Shown: positions 55,741-64,000 of the stretch, in pieces
Layout of the letters: every line of letters begins with the position of its first letter
Position numbering within the stretch: the first letter of the stretch is position 1
NCBI GenBank assembly: GCA_965230845.1
Contig: OZ246021.1
Location: 57,184-121,183 of the forward strand
Source of the DNA: Aquimarina sp.
GTDB lineage: Bacteria > Bacteroidota > Bacteroidia > Flavobacteriales > Flavobacteriaceae
Length of the DNA stretch: 64,000 nt
Direction: 5' to 3'
The notes under the pieces: model-generated
What the model was told of the DNA's origin: nothing
Database searches by the model: none
Seen by the model: the letters and a program-made list of their open reading frames with translations, nothing else
Made by a program: the position numbers and the translations under genes

Positions 55741-57261
55741 ATGGGATTTTCCCCCACCGAAACAAAAAATACAGGAAAAAAGGTCTTATACGATTATCAA
55801 AAAAGAGATATCGATAAAATCTTTAGTCGTTTAGAAGAATTTCCTGAGAAATATAATCTTTTGTACCAACTACCAACAGGAGGAGGGAAGACGGTTATTT
55901 TTTCTGAAATTGTAAGACGATACATTGAAAGTACCAAGAAAAAGGTGGTGGTGCTCACGCATCGTATAGAGCTATGTGGTCAGACCTCTAAAATGCTCAG
56001 CGAGTTTAGGGTAAAAAATAAGATCATTAATAGTTCTGTAAAGCAGTTATATGATCAGGATGAGTACATGTGTTTTGTGGCCATGGTCGAAACACTGAAT
56101 AATCGCTTAAACGATGATCAATTAGAACTGAATGATATCGGAATGGTGATCATTGATGAGGCGCATTATAATTCCTTCAGAAAACTGTTTAGATTCTTCA
56201 AAAATTGCTTTATTCTTGGGGTAACGGCGACGCCTTTAAGCTCCAATATGAAGCTCCCGATGAAAGATAATTATAACGAACTTATCGTTGGGGATACCAT
56301 TAATTCTTTGATTGGAAATGGATTTTTGGCCAAGCCAGTAACCTATACCTATGACGTAGGTTTGGGATCCTTAAAAATAGGAATGAACGGAGATTACACC
56401 GTAAAATCTTCTGAGGAACTGTATACCAATATGCTGATGCAGGATAAACTGCTTAGAGCATACGAGGAGCGCTGTAAAGGTAAAAAAACCTTGGTTTTTA
56501 ACAACGGGATCAATACTTCGATTTATGTGTATGATACTTTTAAAAGAGCAGGTTACCCCGTACGTCATCTGGATAATACGCATAGCAAGCAAGAACGGGA
56601 AGATATCTTGAAATGGTTTAAAGAAACTAATGACGCTATTCTAACATCTGTAAGTATTCTGACTACCGGCTTTGATGAACCTACCGTAGAAACTGTTATA
56701 CTAAATAGAGCAACAAAATCACTCACGCTATATTTTCAAATGATTGGTAGGGGATCTCGAATACTCCCTACAAAACCTGAGTTCTCGATCATTGATTTAG
56801 GAAATAATACAGCGAGGTTTGGATTATGGAATTCTGATGTGGACTGGCAATCGATCTTTAGATCTCCTGATTTTTACTACGATAATCTAATTGGCGATGA
56901 AGAAATTGAAAGAAATTTCAAATATGTCATGCCCGATGATATCCGAAAGGAATTTGCAAATACCACAGATTTTGACTTTGACATAGAAGAAGAATATTCC
57001 AAAACAAAAAAATACAATCTACGTAGCTTAACAGTTTTAGAAAAATCGATCGAACAACATGCGCGTATGTGTGTAGAGAATAGTGAGGATGTTTTTGATG
57101 CAAGAATCCTCAGTAAACTGCTGGCTTCGGATATCGAGTATAGAGTTCGTAGATATTCTTATTGTATAAGTAAAAGTACCAAGAACTACAGGGATTGGTT
57201 AGAAGAAGATTATAAGCGGAAACTAAGATCCAAGATCAATCAATTATTTATGGATAACTAG
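55741..57261 (+). CDS. SF2 DEAD/DEAH-box helicase (ResIII/RadD-like)
   Basis: QLPTGGGKT, IIDEAH, TATP, LTTGFDEP and QMIGRGSR motifs; TAATTTTG box at 55709-55716. Confidence 0.9.
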   Translation: MGFSPTETKNTGKKVLYDYQKRDIDKIFSRLEEFPEKYNLLYQLPTGGGKTVIFSEIVRRYIESTKKKVVVLTHRIELCGQTSKMLSEFRVKNKIINSSVKQLYDQDEYMCFVAMVETLNNRLNDDQLELNDIGMVIIDEAHYNSFRKLFRFFKNCFILGVTATPLSSNMKLPMKDNYNELIVGDTINSLIGNGFLAKPVTYTYDVGLGSLKIGMNGDYTVKSSEELYTNMLMQDKLLRAYEERCKGKKTLVFNNGINTSIYVYDTFKRAGYPVRHLDNTHSKQEREDILKWFKETNDAILTSVSILTTGFDEPTVETVILNRATKSLTLYFQMIGRGSRILPTKPEFSIIDLGNNTARFGLWNSDVDWQSIFRSPDFYYDNLIGDEEIERNFKYVMPDDIRKEFANTTDFDFDIEEEYSKTKKYNLRSLTVLEKSIEQHARMCVENSEDVFDARILSKLLASDIEYRVRRYSYCISKSTKNYRDWLEEDYKRKLRSKINQLFMDN

Positions 57262-58298
57262 ATTGTGCATTTGACCATTAGTTTTCCTTTGCTTTTTCCA
57301 TGAAATAACATATTCAAAGCATTGGGTAGGTTTTCAAAACCCTCTAGTATGGTTTCTTGATATTTCAAGCGTCCATCTTTAACCCAAGGTGTCATCTCTT
57401 TTAGCATTTCATCCATTCTGTTAGTATAATCTCGAGCTAATACACCTTGAATAGTCGCGCGTTTGTATAATATGTGGTGTAAAAATCGTGGTCCCATTTC
57501 AGGAGTATCTAATCCTCCCGAATATTGAGATATTTGTCCGCAAATAATGATTCTTGCTTTGTGGTTAATTAACTCAAAAACGGCATCTGTAATAAAACCA
57601 CCTACATTATCATAATAGATATCAATACCTTCTGGACATACCTCTTTAATTGCTTCTTTGATTTTCTGATGAGATGGATGTTTTTTGTAATTGATCACTT
57701 GATCCACATCGAGTACGTTTTTTAAATACGCTAATTTTTCATCTGATCCAGCAATACCAATCACTTTGCATCCTTTGATTTTTGCAATTTGAATAACAAT
57801 TTGCCCCACAGCTCCCGAGGCACCAGATACTACTACCGTTTCTCCTTCCTTTGGTATTCCGGTTTCGATCAATCCAAAGTATGCTATGCGTGCTGGCATT
57901 CCTAATATTCCTAGAGCAGTGGTTACTGGAACTTCGTTGGGGTCCAGTTTTCTTAATTCACTTGTTTTAGCAATAGCATATTCCTGCCAACCGGTATAGG
58001 ATAATACCCAATCTCCAGCTTTTATATTGGATTTGGGATCGTTACATAGAAGGACTTGGCATACCACTGCACCACCTTGTACAATGTCTAAAGGGTGTGG
58101 TGCCTCCCAGGTATTATGCTGAGATTGCTGAATTCTCATATAGGGATCTACACTCCAATATTTTGATTGCAACAGAGCTTCACCTTCTTTAATCGTTGAA
58201 GTATCTATAGTTGATTCTTTTAATGTATAGTGCTCGTTAGTAACTATAGATTGCGGACGTTTGGTATAGATCCACTGATGGTTTTTTAATAGAGACAT
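57258..58298 (-). CDS. NADP-dependent oxidoreductase (MDR, PTGR/CurA-like)
   Basis: SVDPYMR, SGASGAVG, YYDNVGG and CGQISQY motifs. Confidence 0.92.
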   Translation of the reverse strand: MSLLKNHQWIYTKRPQSIVTNEHYTLKESTIDTSTIKEGEALLQSKYWSVDPYMRIQQSQHNTWEAPHPLDIVQGGAVVCQVLLCNDPKSNIKAGDWVLSYTGWQEYAIAKTSELRKLDPNEVPVTTALGILGMPARIAYFGLIETGIPKEGETVVVSGASGAVGQIVIQIAKIKGCKVIGIAGSDEKLAYLKNVLDVDQVINYKKHPSHQKIKEAIKEVCPEGIDIYYDNVGGFITDAVFELINHKARIIICGQISQYSGGLDTPEMGPRFLHHILYKRATIQGVLARDYTNRMDEMLKEMTPWVKDGRLKYQETILEGFENLPNALNMLFHGKSKGKLMVKCTI

Positions 58299-58310
58299 AA
58301 GTGCTTGTAT

Positions 58311-59006
58311 CTAGTTGTTTAGTGCCAATTCTACAGCACGCTCCGCATGGATTTTTGTGGTATCAAATACAGATATGTCGACATCATCTGGTTTGATCAA
58401 TAAAGGAAGCTCTGTACATCCTAGAATTACACCTTGCGTACCTTGGTTTTCTAAGGTTTTGATGATCTTTATTAAGGTTTCTCTGGATTCATCAACAAGG
58501 TTACCTACTACTAATTCTTTGTATATGATGTTATGAACAATTTCTCTATCAGTTTCGTTAGGAATGATTACGTCCAGATCAAAATCCTGTTGCAAAGTAT
58601 TTTTATAAAAATCTTTTTCCATAGTGAACTTAGTCCCAAGCAGCGCTATTTTTTGTAATCCTGAAGCTTTTATTTTCTCACCAGTTGCCGTAGCAATATG
58701 CAAAAAAGGAATGGAAACGTTGCTGATAATCTCGGGACTGGTTAAATGCATGGTGTTGGTACAGAGTACGATAAATTCAGCTCCAGCGTTTTCTAATTGT
58801 TTTGCAGCGTCAACCATTAGTTGATTAAGAGTTTCCCAATCTCCTTGACGTTGCAATTGTTCGATCTCTGCAAAATCAACGGTTAGTAATATACTCTTGG
58901 AAGAGTGTAAACCGCCAAGCATATTTTTTGTGTATGTATTCATGAGTTGGTAGTACATAGCTGATGACTCCCAGCTCATTCCTCCAATTAAGCCTATTGT
59001 TTTCAT
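58311..59006 (-). CDS. Aspartate/glutamate racemase family (YgeA/RacX-like)
   Basis: GLIGGMSWESS; both catalytic cysteines present (LCTNT, GCTE). Confidence 0.93.
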   Translation of the reverse strand: MKTIGLIGGMSWESSAMYYQLMNTYTKNMLGGLHSSKSILLTVDFAEIEQLQRQGDWETLNQLMVDAAKQLENAGAEFIVLCTNTMHLTSPEIISNVSIPFLHIATATGEKIKASGLQKIALLGTKFTMEKDFYKNTLQQDFDLDVIIPNETDREIVHNIIYKELVVGNLVDESRETLIKIIKTLENQGTQGVILGCTELPLLIKPDDVDISVFDTTKIHAERAVELALNN

Positions 59007-59020
59007 GTGTATGATATGCG

Positions 59021-59815
59021 TTATTTTGAATTAACTTCAATTTCTCCTGTTAAATATGGCACAGCGTATCCGGTAAGGAATACACGGTCATTTTCTAATC
59101 TACATTGCAATTCTCCTTTTCTGTCTGATAATTGAGTTGCTTTTAGCTCAGTTTTGTTTAATACGTTTGCCCAATAGGGAACAAGCATAGTGTGTGCCGA
59201 ACCAGTTACTGGATCTTCCAAAGGGATCTCTGGATTAGCATCAAATACTCTGGAAACAAAATCTGCTTGTTCTCCCTTTGCAGTAATAATGGTACATAAA
59301 TAGGGGAGTCCCTTCAGTTTGAAAAGGTCAGGAGTTACATTTTGTATTTCGGCTTCAGAAGAAACGGTGATCATTAAATCTCTGCCTGCAAAAGCTTTCA
59401 AAGGTGTTACATCAAATGCGTCATATACTTCTTTCGGGATGTCAATTTCTTGTGGTGGGTTAGCTGGGAAATCTAAAGTTATACTTCCGTTTTCTTCTTT
59501 TTTTGCTTTCAGAATACCACTTTTTGAAGAAAATGTAACTTCATCGAGATGCGTGTCGATATGATTAAAAATAACATAGGCCGCTGCCAGAGTTGCATGA
59601 CCACAAAGGTCAATTTCTTCGTATGGCATAAACCAGCGTATTTCAAAATGATCTTCTTTTTTTACAAAATACCCGGTCTCCGCCAAATTGTTTTCTTTGG
59701 CAATGTTTAATAATGTTTCATCATCTAACCATTCTGGTAAATGACATATTGCAGCTGGATTACCACCAAATAATGTTTTGGTAAAAGCGTCGATTTGATA
59801 GATAGGAATTTTCAT
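59021..59815 (-). CDS. PhzF family isomerase
   Basis: DAFT, GGNPAA, ETGY, EIDLCGHATLA and EDPVTGSAH motifs. Confidence 0.93.
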   Translation of the reverse strand: MKIPIYQIDAFTKTLFGGNPAAICHLPEWLDDETLLNIAKENNLAETGYFVKKEDHFEIRWFMPYEEIDLCGHATLAAAYVIFNHIDTHLDEVTFSSKSGILKAKKEENGSITLDFPANPPQEIDIPKEVYDAFDVTPLKAFAGRDLMITVSSEAEIQNVTPDLFKLKGLPYLCTIITAKGEQADFVSRVFDANPEIPLEDPVTGSAHTMLVPYWANVLNKTELKATQLSDRKGELQCRLENDRVFLTGYAVPYLTGEIEVNSK

Positions 59816-60417
59816 TACTCGTAAATTTTTAAGATTTGACCTGTGCTGTTTGTTTCTATGGTTTGTTTGTATACTTCGATGACTTTCTGTATGTCTACAG
59901 GGTAGTAGCCTGCAAATTTTTGGTTTTCTGGAAAATCTCCAGCAATTGCACCGGGAGCTACAACGTTAAGTCTAATATTATTTTTTAACTCGTTGGATGC
60001 AGCTTGTACAAAGCTATGAATAGCCCCATTTACTAATGACAATGCGGTAGCTTTGGGTTCATAGTGCTCTGCAAGGATTCCTGTGGTTAGTGTAATAGCT
60101 CCATTGTTGTTTAAATAATCCTGAGCTATACGAACCAAATTAACTTGCCCCATTAATTTACTTTTTATTCCGATATAATAATCCTCTTCTGTAAGGTCCG
60201 AAAAAGATTTCCAGGTTGCAGTTCCTGCTGCGTTGATTACAATATCTAATTTGGGAAGTTTTTCAAATAAATTTTTAATGGATTGGCTATCGGTTATATC
60301 AACTGGGAGGGAAGTGCTCTTGCGATGAGCTGCATATACTTCTTTGTATTGTTTTTTTAGCGAATGATAAATCTCTTTTCCTATAGTGCCCGTGGCACCG
60401 ATCACTAATATTTTCAT
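59815..60417 (-). CDS. Short atypical SDR-family oxidoreductase
   Basis: IGATGTIG, NAAG, SKLMGQVNLV motifs; no canonical YxxxK. Start MKILV at 60417. Confidence 0.85.
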   Translation of the reverse strand: MKILVIGATGTIGKEIYHSLKKQYKEVYAAHRKSTSLPVDITDSQSIKNLFEKLPKLDIVINAAGTATWKSFSDLTEEDYYIGIKSKLMGQVNLVRIAQDYLNNNGAITLTTGILAEHYEPKATALSLVNGAIHSFVQAASNELKNNIRLNVVAPGAIAGDFPENQKFAGYYPVDIQKVIEVYKQTIETNSTGQILKIYE

Positions 60418-60458
60418 AATTATATATTTAATTTTATAAATATGTTGTTTCAAATTTT

Positions 60459-60767
60459 TTATAACTCTCGTAGAGAATTCAAATACTCAGCTATCATCTT
60501 CTCGTTTCTTTTGAAGTAGGTCCATTTTCCATGCCTGGTGGTTATCAACAAACCAGCTTTATGCATTCCTGATAAATAATGAGAGATAGTTGGCTGAGAT
60601 AAACCAGACTTATCCTGAATGTACTGCCCACAAACACCATCATCAAAATGTCCTAATTCCTGATGAGGAGGAAAATTAGCTTCAGGATTTTTTAACCACC
60701 TCAAAATATCCAATCGAGTAGGGTTAGATAATGCCTTGTTGATCTCTAGTATTTTACCGTTATCCAT
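60459..60767 (-). CDS. ArsR/SmtB family transcriptional regulator
   Basis: KALSNPTRLDIL, GVCGQYI, LSQPTISHYL and GKWTYF motifs. Confidence 0.93.
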   Translation of the reverse strand: MDNGKILEINKALSNPTRLDILRWLKNPEANFPPHQELGHFDDGVCGQYIQDKSGLSQPTISHYLSGMHKAGLLITTRHGKWTYFKRNEKMIAEYLNSLREL

Positions 60768-60921
60768 GGGTCAAATATACATATTTAATTTTGTAAATAT
60801 GTTAAAATTATTTTTTTTAGTTTTTGATGTAACGAAATAAGGATTGTTTCGTCTAGTAAGTAAAGGCTATTAAAGTTAGTATATACCTAAACCCTAGATA
60901 GTTTTAACGATACATCTGCAG

Positions 60922-60964
60922 AGCGCCTATCCTGATATTTCTTGGGATAGGTGCTTTCTCTTTT
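60922..60964 (+). terminator. Orphan intrinsic-terminator-like hairpin in a divergent intergenic region
   Basis: 14-bp stem (60922-60935 with 60942-60955, three G-U pairs) followed by TTCTCTTTT. Confidence 0.55.
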
Positions 60965-61028
60965 ATAGGATAAGAAACTTAATTTTATTGTATGATAGCT
61001 ACCAAAATATTCTTATTCTTGTCAACGT

Positions 61029-62243
61029 ATGAATATTACACCACAATTAGACACCAAAAGGATAGCGATCAAACTTAAACCTGCTGTAGAGAAAAAGGTG
61101 AGGCAAGAACATCCATGGGTTTTTGAAGATAGTATTGTAAAGCAGAATTTAGCTGGAGATCCTGGTGATCTGGCGATTATTTATGATCACAAAAAAAACA
61201 GCTTTTTGGCATGTGGTTTATACGATCCTTATTCTCCTATTCGTATAAAATTGATTCAGTTTAAAAAAGCTGCTCAGATCGATCATACTTGGTTTTCGAA
61301 CAAGATAAGAGCTGCCTTTGATATCCGTAAACCATTATTGGCTACCGATACCAATAGTTATCGATTACTTTTTGGTGAAAATGATGGATTACCGGGGTTT
61401 ATTGCAGATGTTTATGATCAGGTTTTGGTCATCAAATTGTATTCCCATATTTGGTTTCCTTATCTCAATTGGATCATTCCAGAGTTGATTAAAGTTTCCG
61501 GAGCTCAAACAGCAGTAATGCGATTCAATCGATTGATTCAATCCAAAGGAGAAACTTACGGCTTACATGATGGTCAGGTCATCTATGGGGATCTAGAAGA
61601 CGAGGTGGTCGTATTTAGAGAACATGGGGTGCTTTTTTCTGCTAACGTGATCAAAGGGCACAAAACAGGATATTTTTTGGACCATCGACATAATAGAAAA
61701 CGAGTAGGGGAGCTTTCAAAGGGAAAAACCGTGCTAGATGTTTTTTCGTACGCTGGTGGTTTTTCGGTTCATGCTTTGAGTCAAGGCGCCAAAAATGTTA
61801 CTAGTTTGGATATCAGTAAACACGCTTTGGACATGGCTAAAGAAAATGCATCTTTAAATACTCATACCGGGACGCACAATATAGTGGTAGCGGATGCATT
61901 TGAAGGGTTGCAAGATTTTATTAATCAGGGACAGCAATTTGATATTGTAGTAATCGATCCTCCTTCTTTTGCCAAGAGAGAAAGCGAAATCAAAAGAGCA
62001 GAGAAAAGTTATGCAAAACTGGCTGTTTTAGGAGCCAAATTGGTGGCCCGTAATGGAATTTTGGTATTAGCCTCTTGTTCTTCCAGAGTAAAGGCTGTAG
62101 ATTTTTTCAGGATTTCAGAAGAACAAATTACTGCTTCAGGGAAACCATTTAAAGAACTGGAGAAAACATTTCATGACGTAGATCATCCAATTACTTTTCC
62201 AGAAGGAGCTTATCTAAAATGTGGTTACTATCAAATACAATAA
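61029..62243 (+). CDS. Class I SAM-dependent rRNA m5C methyltransferase (RlmI family)
   Basis: PUA-like HPWVF, ENDGLPG, GHKTGYFLDHR, FSYAGGFS and IDPPSFA motifs. Confidence 0.9.
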   Translation: MNITPQLDTKRIAIKLKPAVEKKVRQEHPWVFEDSIVKQNLAGDPGDLAIIYDHKKNSFLACGLYDPYSPIRIKLIQFKKAAQIDHTWFSNKIRAAFDIRKPLLATDTNSYRLLFGENDGLPGFIADVYDQVLVIKLYSHIWFPYLNWIIPELIKVSGAQTAVMRFNRLIQSKGETYGLHDGQVIYGDLEDEVVVFREHGVLFSANVIKGHKTGYFLDHRHNRKRVGELSKGKTVLDVFSYAGGFSVHALSQGAKNVTSLDISKHALDMAKENASLNTHTGTHNIVVADAFEGLQDFINQGQQFDIVVIDPPSFAKRESEIKRAEKSYAKLAVLGAKLVARNGILVLASCSSRVKAVDFFRISEEQITASGKPFKELEKTFHDVDHPITFPEGAYLKCGYYQIQ

Positions 62244-62280
62244 CAAACACCTGATACGCTACGCATAAACAGGTGTTTGT
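62243..62280. terminator. Inverted repeat between convergent genes
   Basis: ACAAACACCTG/CAGGTGTTTGT 11-bp stem. Confidence 0.6.
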
Positions 62281-62299
62281 CATAAAGTTTAGTGATATT

Positions 62300-62707
62300 T
62301 TAATGCCTGCCAAAGACGTGTACTTTTGCTCTCTTTTTTGATAAGTTTTTGGTGTCGTAAAAAAATGTAATATCTCTTATCACTCTTTTTCCTCCTTCTA
62401 AATCGATAAGTCGCGTAGCGCTTTTTCTTGAAAAATTATATCGTAGCGGAATGATGTCTTTTTTACCGTTACCGTATTGAACGACCATTTTATGCATGTT
62501 TAAAGAACCTCCTGTTACTTTTACTTTTAGTTTGGTAAATCCTCCTTCTCGTGCGGTTACTTTGATCACATCTTTATCCAATCTATAATTTACCGTTCTT
62601 GATCCTAGGTGTTCCCAACGTACTATTTTTGTTGTAAAACTACTACCAACAAATAGGATTACTAGTAATGTGGCTATAACCGAACTTTTTGTAATTGCAT
62701 TTTTCAT
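62300..62707 (-). CDS. Small basic secreted protein (DUF2541-like)
   Basis: Signal peptide; WEHLGSRTV...DKDVI...LEGGKRVIRDITFFY pattern. Confidence 0.6.
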   Translation of the reverse strand: MKNAITKSSVIATLLVILFVGSSFTTKIVRWEHLGSRTVNYRLDKDVIKVTAREGGFTKLKVKVTGGSLNMHKMVVQYGNGKKDIIPLRYNFSRKSATRLIDLEGGKRVIRDITFFYDTKNLSKKRAKVHVFGRH

Positions 62708-62792
62708 AGTCTAATAATTTGATTCAACATCTATTGGACTACGATGTGGTAAAAAGGTTTAAATCCGATTTGTTTTTTACGAATTGGGGTAT

Positions 62793-62826
62793 AAAAAAAG
62801 GATAGCTATTAGTTAGCTATCCTTTT
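62793..62826 (-). terminator. Intrinsic terminator after the ompA-like gene
   Basis: AAAAGGATAGCTA/TAGCTATCCTTTT stem. Confidence 0.8.
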
Positions 62827-62849
62827 ATATGTCAATAGTTAGTGTGTGT

Positions 62850-63683
62850 CTAGTTAGCAGATAATAATGCAAAGAATTTATCCATATTCGGTAAAAGAAC
62901 GATTCTGGTACGTCGGTTGATGGCCATATTTTCCTCAGTATCATTTTCTACGATAGGCTTGTAACTACTTCTTCCTGAAGCAATTAATTTTGCTGGATCT
63001 ACATCATATTTAGTCTGTAATTTTCTTACAATAGAAGTTGCTCTTTTAACACTTAAATCCCAGTTATCCTGAAGTACTGCAGTGCTAATGGTTCTAGGAT
63101 CGGTATGTCCTTCAACCATAACTTCTAAGCTAGGTTCAGAATTGATAACGTCTGCCAACTTTTGTAAAATACCGTCTGCCTTGTTACTCACTCTGAAACT
63201 TCCGCTATTGAATAACATTTTGTCAGAGATAGAAATCATTACTACCGTATTGTCGATATCGATAGAAATATCTTCATCTTCTTTTAAATTGTCATCAAGT
63301 GAATTTTTAAGATTGTATGAAACTGCCAAGTTCATAGAATCTTTTAAGGAAGTAGCTCCCTGAAGTTTTTGAGCATCCACTTTGCTTAATGTTTGCTTCA
63401 TTTTTTCTTTGGTAACATTAGATATCATTGCAATATCATCTACCATCACCATTTTTTCATCGTTAGACTCTCTTAACGAGTTGATTTTGGAATTATAATC
63501 TGCTACTCTGGCTTCGATTTTTGCAAACTTTTCCTCCAATTCCTCTTTTTCCACGACAGTCTTTTGCAAAGAGCTACGGGTGTCTTGTAACTCTTGTTCT
63601 AAAGCCACATACTTTTTCTTTGATACGCAGGAGGTTAACAATAAAGCTCCTGAGAAAACGATTAATGTGAATGATTTTTTCAT
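62850..63683 (-). CDS. OmpA/MotB family lipoprotein with coiled coil and peptidoglycan-binding domain
   Basis: Lipobox LTSC-VSKKK, heptad region, VEGHTD, NWDLSVKRA and NRRTRIV motifs. Confidence 0.92.
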   Translation of the reverse strand: MKKSFTLIVFSGALLLTSCVSKKKYVALEQELQDTRSSLQKTVVEKEELEEKFAKIEARVADYNSKINSLRESNDEKMVMVDDIAMISNVTKEKMKQTLSKVDAQKLQGATSLKDSMNLAVSYNLKNSLDDNLKEDEDISIDIDNTVVMISISDKMLFNSGSFRVSNKADGILQKLADVINSEPSLEVMVEGHTDPRTISTAVLQDNWDLSVKRATSIVRKLQTKYDVDPAKLIASGRSSYKPIVENDTEENMAINRRTRIVLLPNMDKFFALLSAN

Positions 63684-64000
63684 GGTTATTTAATTAATAT
63701 TTTATGCTTTTTTAACTGGTTCAACTCATATTTATTGCTCCTATGATTACTAATTTTTTCACATCAATTTCTTAAAAAGTGTTAATGAATACTCTTAAAA
63801 ATGGAGTCCCGTAATTCTTTTATGGTTGCAGAGTATTTTTGGATTTATTTAAAATTTTGATTTTCAAAAGAGTAATAAGAATGACGAAAAAATGAAAGAA
63901 TTTAATTCTATTTTAAATTATCCTTATATTGCAACGTTGTATTATTTTTACGGTCATTTGTTGTAAAAGATACCTCATAGCCCAGATTTACCTATAAACT

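Noticed and set aside
55741-57261. Helicase as part of a restriction or anti-phage system
   Set aside because: No methyltransferase, specificity subunit or nuclease motif or neighbour.
1-64000. CRISPR arrays, tRNA/rRNA genes, IS elements
   Set aside because: No regularly spaced repeats, cloverleaf motifs, rRNA signatures or transposase ORFs were seen in any intergenic region.

Overview
AT-rich chromosomal segment from a Flavobacteriaceae (Bacteroidota) genome. The assignment rests on TAnnTTTG -7 promoter boxes, a SusC/SusD pair and lipoproteins with acidic export signals. Most of it is core or metabolic: dnaX (runs off the left edge), RNase P RNA, bshA, aroC, gcvT, thrA-thrB-rid-thrC, nnr, xerD, aroQ, lpdA, two msrB genes and an RlmI-family methyltransferase. 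Accessory blocks include a DUF1338/Lrp/FAD-FeS oxidoreductase module, a gluconokinase-6PGDH fusion with a GntP permease, an ECF-FecR-SusC-SusD unit, three tandem porin-family paralogues and an ArsR-led five-gene operon. No tRNA, rRNA, CRISPR array or IS was seen. The best leads are: (1) an ATP-grasp ligase + formylglutamate-amidohydrolase-like + QEGLA/MATCAP-like peptidase operon, possibly a peptide write/erase system rather than glutathione synthesis; (2) two paralogous small membrane proteins missed by the ORF track, with a structured spacer and an upstream terminator; (3) a Thr/Ile-rich leader peptide with alternative hairpins before thrA; (4) an A10 slippery run in dnaX where one extra A (or a -1 shift) gives a gamma-length product; (5) a possible toxin + LRR immunity pair behind xerD. 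All family calls are from motif recognition; no database searches were run.
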